DNA of 64,000 nt from Gammaproteobacteria bacterium (lineage in GTDB: Bacteria > Pseudomonadota > Gammaproteobacteria > Arenicellales > Poriferihabitantaceae). How positions within the stretch are numbered: the stretch's first letter is position 1; every line of letters starts with the position of its first letter. The stretch lies in assembly GCA_011088265.1 (NCBI GenBank), contig JAALKB010000003.1, forward strand, positions 3,670 through 67,669, given 5' to 3'. The translations under genes and the position numbers were made by a program. This document shows positions 18,942-29,468 of the stretch, one piece after another. The notes under the pieces were generated by a model. It saw only the letters and a program-made list of their open reading frames with translations. It had not been told where the DNA came from and did no database searches.

Positions 18942-21900
18942 CATCGCTTCCTATCGACAATGATCAACGAAGGGAAGCACTGAATCCTTCCCAATCCTAT
19001 ATCGTACAAGCTCCCGCAGGATCCGGCAAAACCGGATTATTGGTAAGGCGTTTTCTGTTGCTATTGTCCACAGTGGATCGCCCGGAAGAAATCCTTGCTA
19101 TCACTTTCACACGCAAAGCTACTGCGGAGATGAAGGAGAGAATTCTTGATGCATTGATTGATGCCCGAAATCGCAATCTATCAACAGACCCAGACCCGGA
19201 ACTGCACCAACTTGCTACTCGGGCCCTTGAAAACGATGCTCGCCAGGAATGGGAAATTATTAGCAATCCAGGAAGACTGAGAATCCAGACTATCGATGCT
19301 TTTTGCTATGAACTAATTCGACACATGCCATGGTCCTCCCGATTCGGTGCACCACCGGCGATTCTGGAAGATGCCGAAGAGCTCTATTTAACGGCGACCA
19401 AAAGAACACTGGATCACGTCGAATCACAATCCAGATGGGCAACCCATTGTGAAAGCTTATTACAACTGGTCGATACCAACTTCTCCCGGGCCCAGTATCT
19501 TTTACGCACCATGCTGATCAAACGGGATCGGTGGATGCGAGGTCTACCCCAGGGAACGCGCCAGGAGTTCGAATCCATGTGGGCGTCTGTCATCAACCAA
19601 AGTCTTATGGATGTATATAAAAGTATACCCAAGAGCATACAGCAGGAAATTGCAAAACTGGCGGACATTGCGGCAGGCCGCCTGACGGAGGCCGAACCAG
19701 CTCACCCACTCATTAGTTGTCTCGGAAACCCGGGATTTCCCCAACCTACTACTGAGTATTTGCCTTTATGGCGAGGAATCGCCAGTCTTTTGTTGACCAA
19801 AAAAGGAGATCTTAGGGTCTCCGTTACCAAAAACATTGGTTTCCCTCCTGACAATAAAGCCGCAAAAGAGCGAATGATATCCCTGCTAAAGAACATAAAA
19901 GAAATCCCTGGTATGGAATCCGCACTTGGCACTATTAGCTCCCTGCCAGAAGGGAATTTTACCGATCTTCAATGGGCAACCATTGAATCCCTGCTAGCGC
20001 TACTTCCATTGGCTGCTGCAGAGCTGAGACTGGTATTCAAGGAGAAGAATCAAACGGATTACGTGGAGTTAAACCAGCGGGCAGAAGCGGCACTTGGTAG
20101 CATTGAATCACCAACGGATCTCGCCTTGTCCTTTGACTATCGTCTCAAACATATCCTCGTGGACGAATTTCAGGACACGTCAAGAGCGCAGATTGATCTA
20201 CTACTGAAACTCACAGCAGGATGGCAAAGCGACGACGGGCGTACGCTCTTCCTAGTCGGCGACCCCATGCAGTCAATCTATCGATTTCGAGAAGCCGAAG
20301 TCGGGCATTTTCTCGAAGTGCAGGAAAGGGGGCTTGGCGAAATCCACCCAATTCCCCTTCGATTACAGAGTAATTTTCGCTCAGCTCCCGCACTGATATC
20401 ATGGTTTAACCAGACGTTTGAATCTGTTTTTCCCAGCAAAAATGACATCGTAAATAGTGCGGTAACATACAATCCAGCAACGCCTCACTGCCCCGTAGAC
20501 CGTCTTTCCAAAGCCATATTGCATAGCGAAATAGACACTTCCCGGGAAGAAGAAGCTGAGAAAATTTGTGCATTAATTCAATCAGAAATAGCCGAACACC
20601 CCGAACAGACAATCGCAGTACTTGGGCGAAGCCGGACACATCTTACCCTGATCGCCGAGCAGTTAAGACAGGCTAACATCACTTTCCAGGCCACGGAAAT
20701 GGATACCATGGTTCAACACTCAAGCATCCAGGATCTGGTGGCGCTGACCAGAGCTATCCTCCAACCGGCGGATCGCATCGCCTGGCTCTCCATTTTGCGC
20801 GCCCCCTGGTGTGGACTAACCTTGGACGATATTTCCCTGCTAGCGGGTGATGACCATGTTCTGACCATCCATGAGTTAATGGGACGAGAGCAGATAACCA
20901 GGAAACTGTCCCAGGAAGGCCAAATTCGACTACAAAAACTACTGATTGGGCTGGAACCGGGTCTAAAAAACCGGGGCCGAGTGAGTCTACGAAGTGCAGT
21001 AGAGTCAACCTGGCTTGCATTATCTGCCCCCAGTTTTGTGCCACCTGAGCAATTCGATGATTGTCGTTTATTTTTCGAATTGCTTGATAAACTGGAATCA
21101 GACACTGATTTCATTACTCCCGCCGTCCTGATCGATGCCGTGGCCCAACGATGGACCCAGCCCTCATTGGACGCACAGATTCAACTGCTTACTATTCATA
21201 AGGCCAAAGGCCTGGAATTCGATACCGTCGTTATCCCGGGTCTGGAACGCACACCTCGCAGCCCGGAGCGAGAGCTACTGCGTTGGGCCCGCCTACCTGG
21301 AGAACTGCTGATTGCATTACTTCCCGGAAGCGGTGAAGAAGACCGGTTTTACCAATGCCTGGGGGCACTGGATAAGTCCCATCAGCGTAATGAGTTATCG
21401 AGATTAATGTATGTCGCCTGCACCCGGGCAAGACGACGGTTACATTTGTTTGCAAATCTGGCCACAGCGAAAGACGGAACCATCCGATCTCCAGCGAGCT
21501 CGTCTCTGCTGCACCGGTTGTGGCCGGTATGGTCCAAACAACTCCCGCCCATGCCGCTTCAGCCAGCGCACTCCCAATCTACCTCACAGATGAGTAGCGA
21601 TGGTATGCATGAACGGCGGCAAGCACCGAACCATGGCCGAGATGAGATCATTAGCGGGTCAGCATCGCATATCCCCTCTGATCCGGTTCAAACCCTGTCC
21701 CGTCTGCCTATAAGTTTTAGCCCAGCCACGCTACCAGACGACCTCACCGCGAGAAGCATTGCCGGGAGTATGGAAGAACAGGAAATTGAATATTCCTGGG
21801 CCAGCGATACAGCCAGAATTATCGGTCTCGCTATTCATCAGATGATGCAACAAATCGAGGACATTGGCTGGGAAACCTGGAAATTCAGAGACAACGATCT

Positions 21901-22375
21901 GATACTGTCATCCGCCGTGGTTGCACTAATGGAAAATGGCCTCAGTCCCAGGGATAAACAACATGGCATCGAACAAATTACACTGGCAATCAGAAATCTG
22001 AAAAATGACAAATGGGTAGAGTGGATTTTTTCCTCTTTACACCAACAGGCCAAATCAGAGTGGGCATTGACGACCCAACTCCATGGCAAGCTGTCTACTA
22101 TCATTATGGATAGGACATTTATCGATCAGGAAGACACCCGATGGATCATTGATTTCAAATCAAGTCGCCATGACGACCCAGACATTGAGAACTTCATCGC
22201 CCAGGAGAAAACCCGATACCAACAACAGCTCAATAACTACGCCCGGGTACTCGATCAGTGGGAGAACCGAAGAATTCGGCTGGGGCTTTACTTTCCTTTA
22301 TTAAAGGCCTGGACTGAATGGCCATCGCCCTATGGCGAGCCAGTTCAATCCACCCTCTTTCCAGGTGAAATATAA
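18938..22375 (+). CDS. AddA/RecB-like UvrD-family helicase with C-terminal PD-(D/E)XK nuclease
   Basis: Walker A APAGSGKTG. Helicase motifs ILVDEFQDTS, VGDPMQSIYRFR, TIHKAKGLEFD, YVACTRAR. C-terminal nuclease WIIDFKSS. ATGA start/stop overlap with the upstream gene. Confidence 0.85.
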   Translation: MTSLPIDNDQRREALNPSQSYIVQAPAGSGKTGLLVRRFLLLLSTVDRPEEILAITFTRKATAEMKERILDALIDARNRNLSTDPDPELHQLATRALENDARQEWEIISNPGRLRIQTIDAFCYELIRHMPWSSRFGAPPAILEDAEELYLTATKRTLDHVESQSRWATHCESLLQLVDTNFSRAQYLLRTMLIKRDRWMRGLPQGTRQEFESMWASVINQSLMDVYKSIPKSIQQEIAKLADIAAGRLTEAEPAHPLISCLGNPGFPQPTTEYLPLWRGIASLLLTKKGDLRVSVTKNIGFPPDNKAAKERMISLLKNIKEIPGMESALGTISSLPEGNFTDLQWATIESLLALLPLAAAELRLVFKEKNQTDYVELNQRAEAALGSIESPTDLALSFDYRLKHILVDEFQDTSRAQIDLLLKLTAGWQSDDGRTLFLVGDPMQSIYRFREAEVGHFLEVQERGLGEIHPIPLRLQSNFRSAPALISWFNQTFESVFPSKNDIVNSAVTYNPATPHCPVDRLSKAILHSEIDTSREEEAEKICALIQSEIAEHPEQTIAVLGRSRTHLTLIAEQLRQANITFQATEMDTMVQHSSIQDLVALTRAILQPADRIAWLSILRAPWCGLTLDDISLLAGDDHVLTIHELMGREQITRKLSQEGQIRLQKLLIGLEPGLKNRGRVSLRSAVESTWLALSAPSFVPPEQFDDCRLFFELLDKLESDTDFITPAVLIDAVAQRWTQPSLDAQIQLLTIHKAKGLEFDTVVIPGLERTPRSPERELLRWARLPGELLIALLPGSGEEDRFYQCLGALDKSHQRNELSRLMYVACTRARRRLHLFANLATAKDGTIRSPASSSLLHRLWPVWSKQLPPMPLQPAHSQSTSQMSSDGMHERRQAPNHGRDEIISGSASHIPSDPVQTLSRLPISFSPATLPDDLTARSIAGSMEEQEIEYSWASDTARIIGLAIHQMMQQIEDIGWETWKFRDNDLILSSAVVALMENGLSPRDKQHGIEQITLAIRNLKNDKWVEWIFSSLHQQAKSEWALTTQLHGKLSTIIMDRTFIDQEDTRWIIDFKSSRHDDPDIENFIAQEKTRYQQQLNNYARVLDQWENRRIRLGLYFPLLKAWTEWPSPYGEPVQSTLFPGEI

Positions 22376-22439
22376 CTGTACATTTCTTTTGCGATCATGA
22401 CAAAATTCTGATTGTCTATCTCCTTTCGAGCAAATCACG

Positions 22440-23720
22440 ATGCCTTCAGCCCCTGCTCTGCCCAACTCCGCCGACGTCGTCGTTATTGGCGGCGGAATTA
22501 TTGGTTGTGCCACCGCATATTATCTGGGCAAACAGGGCATTAACGTCACGTTATGCGAAAAAGGCAGAGTCGCTGGAGAGCAATCAAGTCGAAATTGGGG
22601 TTTTATTCGTAAGCAGGGGCGGGATCCGGCTGAATTACCGCTAATGATTCATAGTCTGGAGCTTTGGGAAGAACTCGTTTCCCAAATGTCCGATGACGTG
22701 GGTTTTCACCGGGGCGGCACCCTGTATCTATCCGATGATGAAAAACGCTATCAGTCAAACCATGATTGGTTAGCTCTGTCCAGGGATTTCGATCTTGATA
22801 CCCGTTTTCTCAGTTTGACAGAACTAAAGACCCTGATTCCATCTATCCAGGACCAAACCCGAGGGGCTTTGTTCACTCCTAGCGATGCCCGAGCGGAACC
22901 AGAAAAGGCTACCAGGGGAATTGCAGCACTAGCGGAAAAACAAGGTGCATCCGTTCTTGAAAATACCGCAGTCAGGGGCATTGATATCTCCGGGGGAAGG
23001 GTTAGCGGTGTTATTACTGAATCCGGCCGCATTACCACTTCTACAGTGGTTTGCGCCGGGGGTGCGTGGTCATCCTTTTTCCTGCGTCATCTCGATCTGG
23101 TTTTCCCCCAGCTAAAGGTCATTGGTTCAGTAATGTCCACTGCACCTGGACCCTTAGTGGCCCAACAATCCATTTGGAGCAACGGTCTTGGTCTACGACG
23201 ACGTCATGATGGTGGATACAATATTGCCTTTGGGGGTAGCTTTGATTGCGAGATCACTCCGGATCATCTACGGTTTTTTCGGCAGTTCATCCCCGCCTAT
23301 CGCGCCGGCAAAGAAGAAGTTTCCCTTCGATTCAATCGTCGTTTCATCAAGGAACTAATCCGACCAACAAAGCCCGACCTCGATAAGGTGTCGCCCTATG
23401 AGCAGGAACGAATCTTAAATCCAGCACCTAATCTGAAATTGTTGGCACGAGCGAGGGAAAGGTTATCACTCGTATTTCCCTCGTTAGAAAATATCCAAAC
23501 CACCAACAACTGGGCTGGAATGATAGATGCAACGCCGGATGAACTCCCCGCTATCTGCGAAATCACCAGTGTGCCAGGGTTGATTCTTTCAAGCGGCTAT
23601 AGTGGACATGGTTTCGGCATCGGACCTGGAGCAGGCAAAGTAACGGCGGAACTTGCCATGGGAAATAAACCCACAGTCAATCTGGACGCCTTTCAATTGG
23701 ATCGTTTAGTCAAAATCTGA
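22440..23720 (+). CDS. FAD-dependent oxidoreductase (DAO/DadA family)
   Basis: VVVIGGGIIGCATAYYL dinucleotide-binding motif followed by EQSSRNWGFIR. 426 aa. Confidence 0.8.
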   Translation: MPSAPALPNSADVVVIGGGIIGCATAYYLGKQGINVTLCEKGRVAGEQSSRNWGFIRKQGRDPAELPLMIHSLELWEELVSQMSDDVGFHRGGTLYLSDDEKRYQSNHDWLALSRDFDLDTRFLSLTELKTLIPSIQDQTRGALFTPSDARAEPEKATRGIAALAEKQGASVLENTAVRGIDISGGRVSGVITESGRITTSTVVCAGGAWSSFFLRHLDLVFPQLKVIGSVMSTAPGPLVAQQSIWSNGLGLRRRHDGGYNIAFGGSFDCEITPDHLRFFRQFIPAYRAGKEEVSLRFNRRFIKELIRPTKPDLDKVSPYEQERILNPAPNLKLLARARERLSLVFPSLENIQTTNNWAGMIDATPDELPAICEITSVPGLILSSGYSGHGFGIGPGAGKVTAELAMGNKPTVNLDAFQLDRLVKI

Positions 23721-23771
23721 GATCCTCATCTGGTAAGAAAACACTGAAGTCGATCCAGCCTGGTAGCTACT

Positions 23772-24358
23772 CTAGCGATGTTTCCTGATCATCAACCACA
23801 GCCAGCTAATCGATCCCAGTCCTGCTACCAGCATAATGGCTGGAACCCAAATCATTCGAAACTCCATCTTCATTACATAAGCACCCCAACTGTTAAAAAA
23901 GCGATCAATGCCAATGGGAGAAACCGGCAGGGGCCTCCATTGCAAGAATGATCTTGCGTCATCAAACGGCCAAAAGAAAGCCACTCCGAGACCACCATAG
24001 GTCATGGAGTCGAGCACACCGTGGGACGCCATGCTAATGCCGAGGAAACAGAAAACGATTTTTCTGGATGTACCAAACCATGAAGACCAGTACATTGCCA
24101 CCAGCCCACAAGCCACTGCAAAAAAATGGAATGGGTGAAACCACGATGCCCATAACCCGACCAATATGACACCCCCAGCTCAAACCCAATAACGTCGAGG
24201 TCTGGCAGAATGGAGAAAAGACACCCCAATAACAACAACCGAAAAGGCACCACAGAACTTAGCATGGAGCCTCGAGTTTTCAGGAAGGGCCTCATTCCCA
24301 TATTCAGTCCTAAACCAAGGGCGAGGGGAATAGCGGGATGGGTAAAAATCGTCGACAT
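23772..24358 (-). pseudogene. membrane-bound metal-dependent hydrolase, YdjM/DUF457 family, split by a frameshift
   Basis: ORF 24002..24358 reaches GHRGFTHSIF. The family continuation FAVACGLVAMYW... is in ORF 23772..24164. The frames switch at an A7 run (24130-24136). Confidence 0.75.
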
Positions 24359-24849
24359 TTAAATTGGATTCAGCATTTTTTGTCAGGTCAAGAGCTCTCT
24401 GCTTACCCCAGTCATCAACCAGGATGAATCAGGGTCATCAGCCAAAAAGTCAATAAACGGATCAATAGACGGACCGATAAAAAGTTAAACACCAGGAAAT
24501 CCGAATACGGCGAAACTGACCATTTGTTTGGTCAACGTATATCACCGTCAGTGAACACCTCCGTCACCAGATAGCTTTTCAAGAAATTGCTGCGGTACAC
24601 TCTGGCAGAATCGCATTACGTGACGCTCATGGAGTGCGTTAAGACGACGAAAACCGGCAATGGTTCACGAAAAACAGGTCACTCGCTATTTCTTTCCGCT
24701 GATTTTCCGCTGAAAGGCTCATAGGAGCAGGACATAGTCCGGCGCTTAAAAAGGGAAAAACAAATAGTAATTTGGGAGTAGGAATACGAGTCTCGCTGCC
24801 TTCGCGTTATGCAATACGTTCAGAAAGATTGTCGAAACCGACAGTTTAA

Positions 24850-26328
24850 TCAGGTACCACAAAAAGTCCGATAAGGCCCAAAGCTCTCCGGCGCAGGTTG
24901 TTCAAATATCTCATATCCTGGACGTCTTTCAAATGGGGATGACAACAACTCCAGCAAAACTTCAAAAGGGCCAAAATCCTGATGCCAGGTAGCGGCGTCC
25001 AATGCTTCTTCTACTTTGTGGTTGCGAGGAATGTAAATTGGATTTGTCTGATTCATCATCGCGATCTTCTGATTGATATCAACACTCTCCAGCGCAAGTC
25101 GGGATCGCCATCTTGTCAGCCAGTGATCCAGAGCATCCTCATTGGACAATAGAATACGAATCTTTCGATCATCCCCGAGCGCCGCATCAGAAAGACCACG
25201 AAATAGCAGAGTGTAGTCCGTGTTCTGCCTTTCCAATGCTTTCAGTAAATCTGTGCACAATTCCATATCCCCCTCCTTTTCCGTGATCAGCCCTAACTTG
25301 CTTCTCATGCCATCCAACCAGTTGGTGAAATAGGCGGACGAAAATCCGTTTAACACCTCTGTCGCTTTTGCCACTCCTCGATCTTCTTCATCATCAATCA
25401 GGGGCAACAACGTATCGGCCAGTCGGGAAAGATTCCAAACCGCAATGGAGGGCTGGTTGACGTAGGTATATCGGCCCTGGACATCAATGGAACTAAACAC
25501 CGTGGTGGGAGCATAGGTATCCATGAACGCACAAGGACCATAGTCGATGGTTTCGCCAGATATAGTGGAATTGTCAGTATTCATTACACCGTGAATAAAC
25601 CCTAGCAGCATCCACTTTGCCACCAAAGCGGCCTGGGCCTGGCAGACTGCATTTAGAAAATGAAGATAACAATCTTCTGCATTCACCAAATCGGCATAGT
25701 GACGGGAAATGGCATAATCCGCAAGTTGACGCACTTTCTCTGTTTCCTGACGGGAAGAAAAAAACTCAAACGTCCCGACACGAATATGACTACTCGCGAC
25801 TCGGGTTAAGATCGCACCAGGCAAGGAAGTCTCCCGTCTCACCCTCTCCCCAGTCATAACCGCGGCCAACGCTCTGGTAGTCGGCACCCCAAGCGCATGC
25901 ATGGCTTCGCTTACCAAATATTCTCTCAAGACCGGCCCCAGTGCAGATTTACCATCTCCTCCCCGGGAAAATGGTGTTCTCCCTGATCCTTTTAATTGGA
26001 TGTCGCGGCGTCGACCTTGCGTATCTACTACCTCTCCCAATAACATGGCACGTCCATCGCCTAACTGTGGATTAAAGCTACCAAACTGGTGTCCGGCATA
26101 AACCTGGGCCAAGGGGGCTGCGCCTGGAAACATGTCACTACCGGAGAACATCATGGCCGCAAACTCCTGATCCAGATTAGAAAAATCCATGCCCAACTCA
26201 GTGGCCAGCCCGTGATTTAACTGGATTACACTCGCCGCCGGCGCCTGCTCCCCTTGCCACGGCACATAGAACCCTTCAAGCTCCCGATGATAGGAATTGT
26301 CAAAACGAATATTCAGTGAATTACTCAT
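24850..26328 (-). CDS. selO: protein adenylyltransferase SelO (YdiU family)
   Basis: 492 aa with QLGDGRA, LKGSGRTPFSR and HGVMNTDN blocks, characteristic of SelO/YdiU. Confidence 0.85.
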   Translation of the reverse strand: MSNSLNIRFDNSYHRELEGFYVPWQGEQAPAASVIQLNHGLATELGMDFSNLDQEFAAMMFSGSDMFPGAAPLAQVYAGHQFGSFNPQLGDGRAMLLGEVVDTQGRRRDIQLKGSGRTPFSRGGDGKSALGPVLREYLVSEAMHALGVPTTRALAAVMTGERVRRETSLPGAILTRVASSHIRVGTFEFFSSRQETEKVRQLADYAISRHYADLVNAEDCYLHFLNAVCQAQAALVAKWMLLGFIHGVMNTDNSTISGETIDYGPCAFMDTYAPTTVFSSIDVQGRYTYVNQPSIAVWNLSRLADTLLPLIDDEEDRGVAKATEVLNGFSSAYFTNWLDGMRSKLGLITEKEGDMELCTDLLKALERQNTDYTLLFRGLSDAALGDDRKIRILLSNEDALDHWLTRWRSRLALESVDINQKIAMMNQTNPIYIPRNHKVEEALDAATWHQDFGPFEVLLELLSSPFERRPGYEIFEQPAPESFGPYRTFCGT

Positions 26329-26744
26329 AAGAGATTAAATGTGTGACGGCTATCCTGGATTCAAAGGCTAAAGATACAGGCTGAAGATAAATGCTAAAAA
26401 TAAAGGCTATGGGTAAATGTTATGAACAAAGGCGAAAACCGTAATAGCAATGTAATGCCTCAATATCTTATTGGAGAAGTTGAGGTCTGGGTCTTTCGAC
26501 ACCCCAACCTATTAAGCGTTCATCCATGCAAACGTTAATTACCCTCAACCAGTATCGGGAACAACTATCAAGGACACACAATTGTTATACATCGGTTCGC
26601 TGCTCTGTGAGTTACGCCCAATACTGTGGTCAACTAACAGACGCCGCAAGTATGGGTTTATATTCGCCCGCTATAAATAGCGTCGGCTTCCACACTGTAC
26701 GGCGCGCGTTTGAGTTTATTTGCAGGTTTATTTCCCCATAACCA

Positions 26745-27605
26745 TCATTCAATTTTTGATAACAGACCAGGATTCACAACAAGGTTTCTGACACCATGGG
26801 CATGATCCTCATCAAATGTATTACCTGTACACCACTGGCCTACTGTGAGGATGTTAATCTTTGCCACCCTGGGACGAACGCTCCAGGAAACCTGAAATGG
26901 TGACCCCTTTTCATTGTAGCCAGGGCCGGTTGTGGATCCAGCGTATTGAATGGGCGTACCCGTATTGCTGGGGATGTTCAATGCCTGATGCAACCCATTT
27001 TTTACGCCATGTTTTGTAAGTTCTGCGAAATTAAGGGCAGCACTATCATTCACCAGTACATATACCTGAGTTTCTACACGAAGCTGGGGGTTTCCAATGG
27101 CTTCACTCAGGCACGAACCCAGGGTTGGTCCAGGAGTTACGTCTGCGGTTGAGTGAACGTAATGAACTTCAATGGTATCTCCTGGATACAGATCTCCGTG
27201 CTCGCTGGGGCAAATTTCTTTGGAGACAGGAGACAGCTCGTCAGCACTCAGTTTACCGGAGTACCTGAAGCCACTATGGTATCTGTGGCCGTCTCCGTTA
27301 CCAGCATAATCAGTGAACTCTCCTCCCTTGTGTTCAGCATTTTTATGAAAATGGATATTGCAGAGATTCATGTCTTCATAGGCAGGGGCAGCACCAAACT
27401 TGCGGGCATTATTGCCAGCATTTGAGTCGATATCTCGAGGAGATTGGGGTCCAAAACCTTTACCCATGGTATTTTCTGCGAGCATCCCTCGCTGATCCTT
27501 AATCACCTGGTCAGCAACCGGGGAATCATTGGACAGGTTCGCAGCCTGCACAAATATCGGCAGCAGCGCAGCGGTTACAATGACGGCGATAGTTTTATTC
27601 TTCAT
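26745..27605 (-). CDS. secreted protein with carbonic-anhydrase-like His motifs (possible delta-class-like CA)
   Basis: Signal peptide MKNKTIAVIVTAALLPIFVQA. Motifs CNIHFHKNAEHKG and IEVHYVHS recall the alpha-CA pattern HFHWG..EH..ELHLVH. The assignment is tentative. Confidence 0.45.
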   Translation of the reverse strand: MKNKTIAVIVTAALLPIFVQAANLSNDSPVADQVIKDQRGMLAENTMGKGFGPQSPRDIDSNAGNNARKFGAAPAYEDMNLCNIHFHKNAEHKGGEFTDYAGNGDGHRYHSGFRYSGKLSADELSPVSKEICPSEHGDLYPGDTIEVHYVHSTADVTPGPTLGSCLSEAIGNPQLRVETQVYVLVNDSAALNFAELTKHGVKNGLHQALNIPSNTGTPIQYAGSTTGPGYNEKGSPFQVSWSVRPRVAKINILTVGQWCTGNTFDEDHAHGVRNLVVNPGLLSKIE

Positions 27606-27770
27606 TTTGGTATTTTCTTTATTTAAAGGGACGAATATAGAGCCTTGTCTCCACCATATTTTAGCCCTACTACATTGATAACTCCTACTAAAGCCAGAAT
27701 CTGTTTGATTTATATCAACCAGATTCCCCACACCATCAGAGATACATTTTCACTAGAGCTATGATTATCA

Positions 27771-27807
27771 GATAGAGGGATTCTATTGTAGACCTCTATC
27801 GTTTTTT
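27771..27807 (+). terminator. orphan rho-independent terminator
   Basis: gatagagg / 14-nt loop / cctctatc followed by gttttttc. No plus-strand ORF lies upstream. Confidence 0.45.
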
Positions 27808-28069
27808 CGCCAATACCTGGCTACCTACCCGGAACAACAGGCGGTAATTCTGGAAATAGATTTCCACATTGATCTCCTATTCGACGATGGCCTTTCAATT
27901 CCCTGCGAAGCATGAAAAATATCCATTAAAGCACTTTCCGAAAATCTCAGATGTGCAGTAACTCAAGAGTTAAAGCTCCACCTAATTTGTTGCGATAAAT
28001 GCCTCCTATCTTTTTCGACGATCAAAAGAATACTATTCAGGGTAGTAAATCTATAAACCAATCAGGGAA

Positions 28070-29239
28070 TCAAGGTTCGACAATGATGGGCTCCCGGGGA
28101 ATGTGGGAAATAATTTCCGGGGCATCATGGGTGATGATGGCCTGTTCCCCCACCGCCATCAGCAACCCGGTTTCGTGGTCGTTCAGAATCATGTGAGTAA
28201 AAAATGTCATGTTCTCTTCCAGCACTATTTCATTTCCTGGATAAATCATGGGCTGTTCCATCCAGGTTGGGGGCCATGTTGCTCCCATGGTATAACCGCA
28301 GGCGGTAAGCACCGTATTTTCAATACCGAAGTCTGCAGCGACTTGACGGTAGGTTTCATAGACATCACCCAGCGAAGTACCAGGTCGAAGAATGCGCTGC
28401 ACCTCATCGATAGCCACGACACAAGCCCGATGCATTTTCAGATGCATGGGGTTGATCATTGAACCTGTTAGGGCAACACACATACTTGCTGCATGGTAAT
28501 GCCGATAGCCAAGACCTAATTCCAGGGTCATTTGATCATTTTCCCTGATACAGGTTCTGCCCGTGGTATAACGAATGTTCATTGCCGACTCGCCGCTACC
28601 CATGGGGGGAATGTGTGCTGGTAGATCCGCATCCATATTGAACAACGTGTCATAAAAAGCGGCATAGACTTCTCCATCCATTACCCCTGGTCTCACCGCG
28701 GCCACAGCCCTGGACACCGCGACATCCAGTATTTCCCCGGCTTTTCGGATGTATTCAAGTTCCTGTTCGCTTTTGATTAAACGGAACATACGGATAAAAT
28801 CATCCACGATAATCAGTTCACACCATCCTTCAAGGTTTTCCTGAATTTCCAAAAACAACCCTGGAGTTAATCCCATCGTATCCACCTGAATACCGACTCT
28901 TTTACCCTCCATTTTGTGAGATTTGAGCATGTCTTTTATGTGATCAGATCGCTTTTCATCCTGTCTGTCGTTAGAAATTCGAACATCCCGACAAATTGAA
29001 CTATGGTTAACATTGCCAATGTCCGCGGGACGGGAAAGATGAGTCAACTCTCCATTTACACCGAGGAACATATTATGGAAGATACAGAAACCATCGGAAT
29101 CAAAACCGCTCAGCCAATACATGTCTTCGATTTTAAATAGCAACAGCCCATCCAGACCCCGTTCAACCAATGCTTGTCGCACTTTGTTCTGACGGCCTTC
29201 AAACTCAGTGTTGCTAAAGTAAGTATAAGGTTGGTTCAT
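28070..29239 (-). CDS. M24-family metallohydrolase (creatinase/Xaa-Pro peptidase/ectoine-hydrolase-like)
   Basis: 389 aa. Creatinase/prolidase-type N-domain (GLDGLLLFKIEDMYWLSGF) plus a pita-bread C-domain. Confidence 0.7.
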   Translation of the reverse strand: MNQPYTYFSNTEFEGRQNKVRQALVERGLDGLLLFKIEDMYWLSGFDSDGFCIFHNMFLGVNGELTHLSRPADIGNVNHSSICRDVRISNDRQDEKRSDHIKDMLKSHKMEGKRVGIQVDTMGLTPGLFLEIQENLEGWCELIIVDDFIRMFRLIKSEQELEYIRKAGEILDVAVSRAVAAVRPGVMDGEVYAAFYDTLFNMDADLPAHIPPMGSGESAMNIRYTTGRTCIRENDQMTLELGLGYRHYHAASMCVALTGSMINPMHLKMHRACVVAIDEVQRILRPGTSLGDVYETYRQVAADFGIENTVLTACGYTMGATWPPTWMEQPMIYPGNEIVLEENMTFFTHMILNDHETGLLMAVGEQAIITHDAPEIISHIPREPIIVEP

Positions 29240-29432
29240 GATTTATCCTGCTAATTGCAATAGTCTAAATGCCTGGCTCTGGTTCGATCTCAACGAAAAA
29301 ATTATGCAGTAAAAGCCCTGCTAACTTTTCTATTGGTAACCAGGGAGCCCAGCACAACTTCGGTCGGTTCAGGTTGAGGTGAGAACTAACTAAAGTCAAG
29401 GGGCGAACCCTGTAATAGCCAGAAGCAATAAA

Positions 29433-29468
29433 CGAGGGTAATAGCGAGGGTAATAGCGAGGGACATAG
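29433..29468. repeat. 3 x 12-bp tandem repeat
   Basis: cgagggtaatag cgagggtaatag cgagggacatag, intergenic. Confidence 0.8.

Noticed and set aside
26340-26480. Loosely repeated AAAGGCTA...TAAATG(C/T)TA motifs upstream of selO, considered as iterated regulator sites.
   Set aside because: The copies are degenerate with irregular spacing. In AT-rich promoter DNA this is within chance expectation.
29433-29468. The short tandem repeats here and at 39329, 41290 and 58506 might be mini CRISPR arrays.
   Set aside because: The units are only 12-15 bp and directly abutting with no spacers. There are 3-4 copies at most, and no cas genes in the window.
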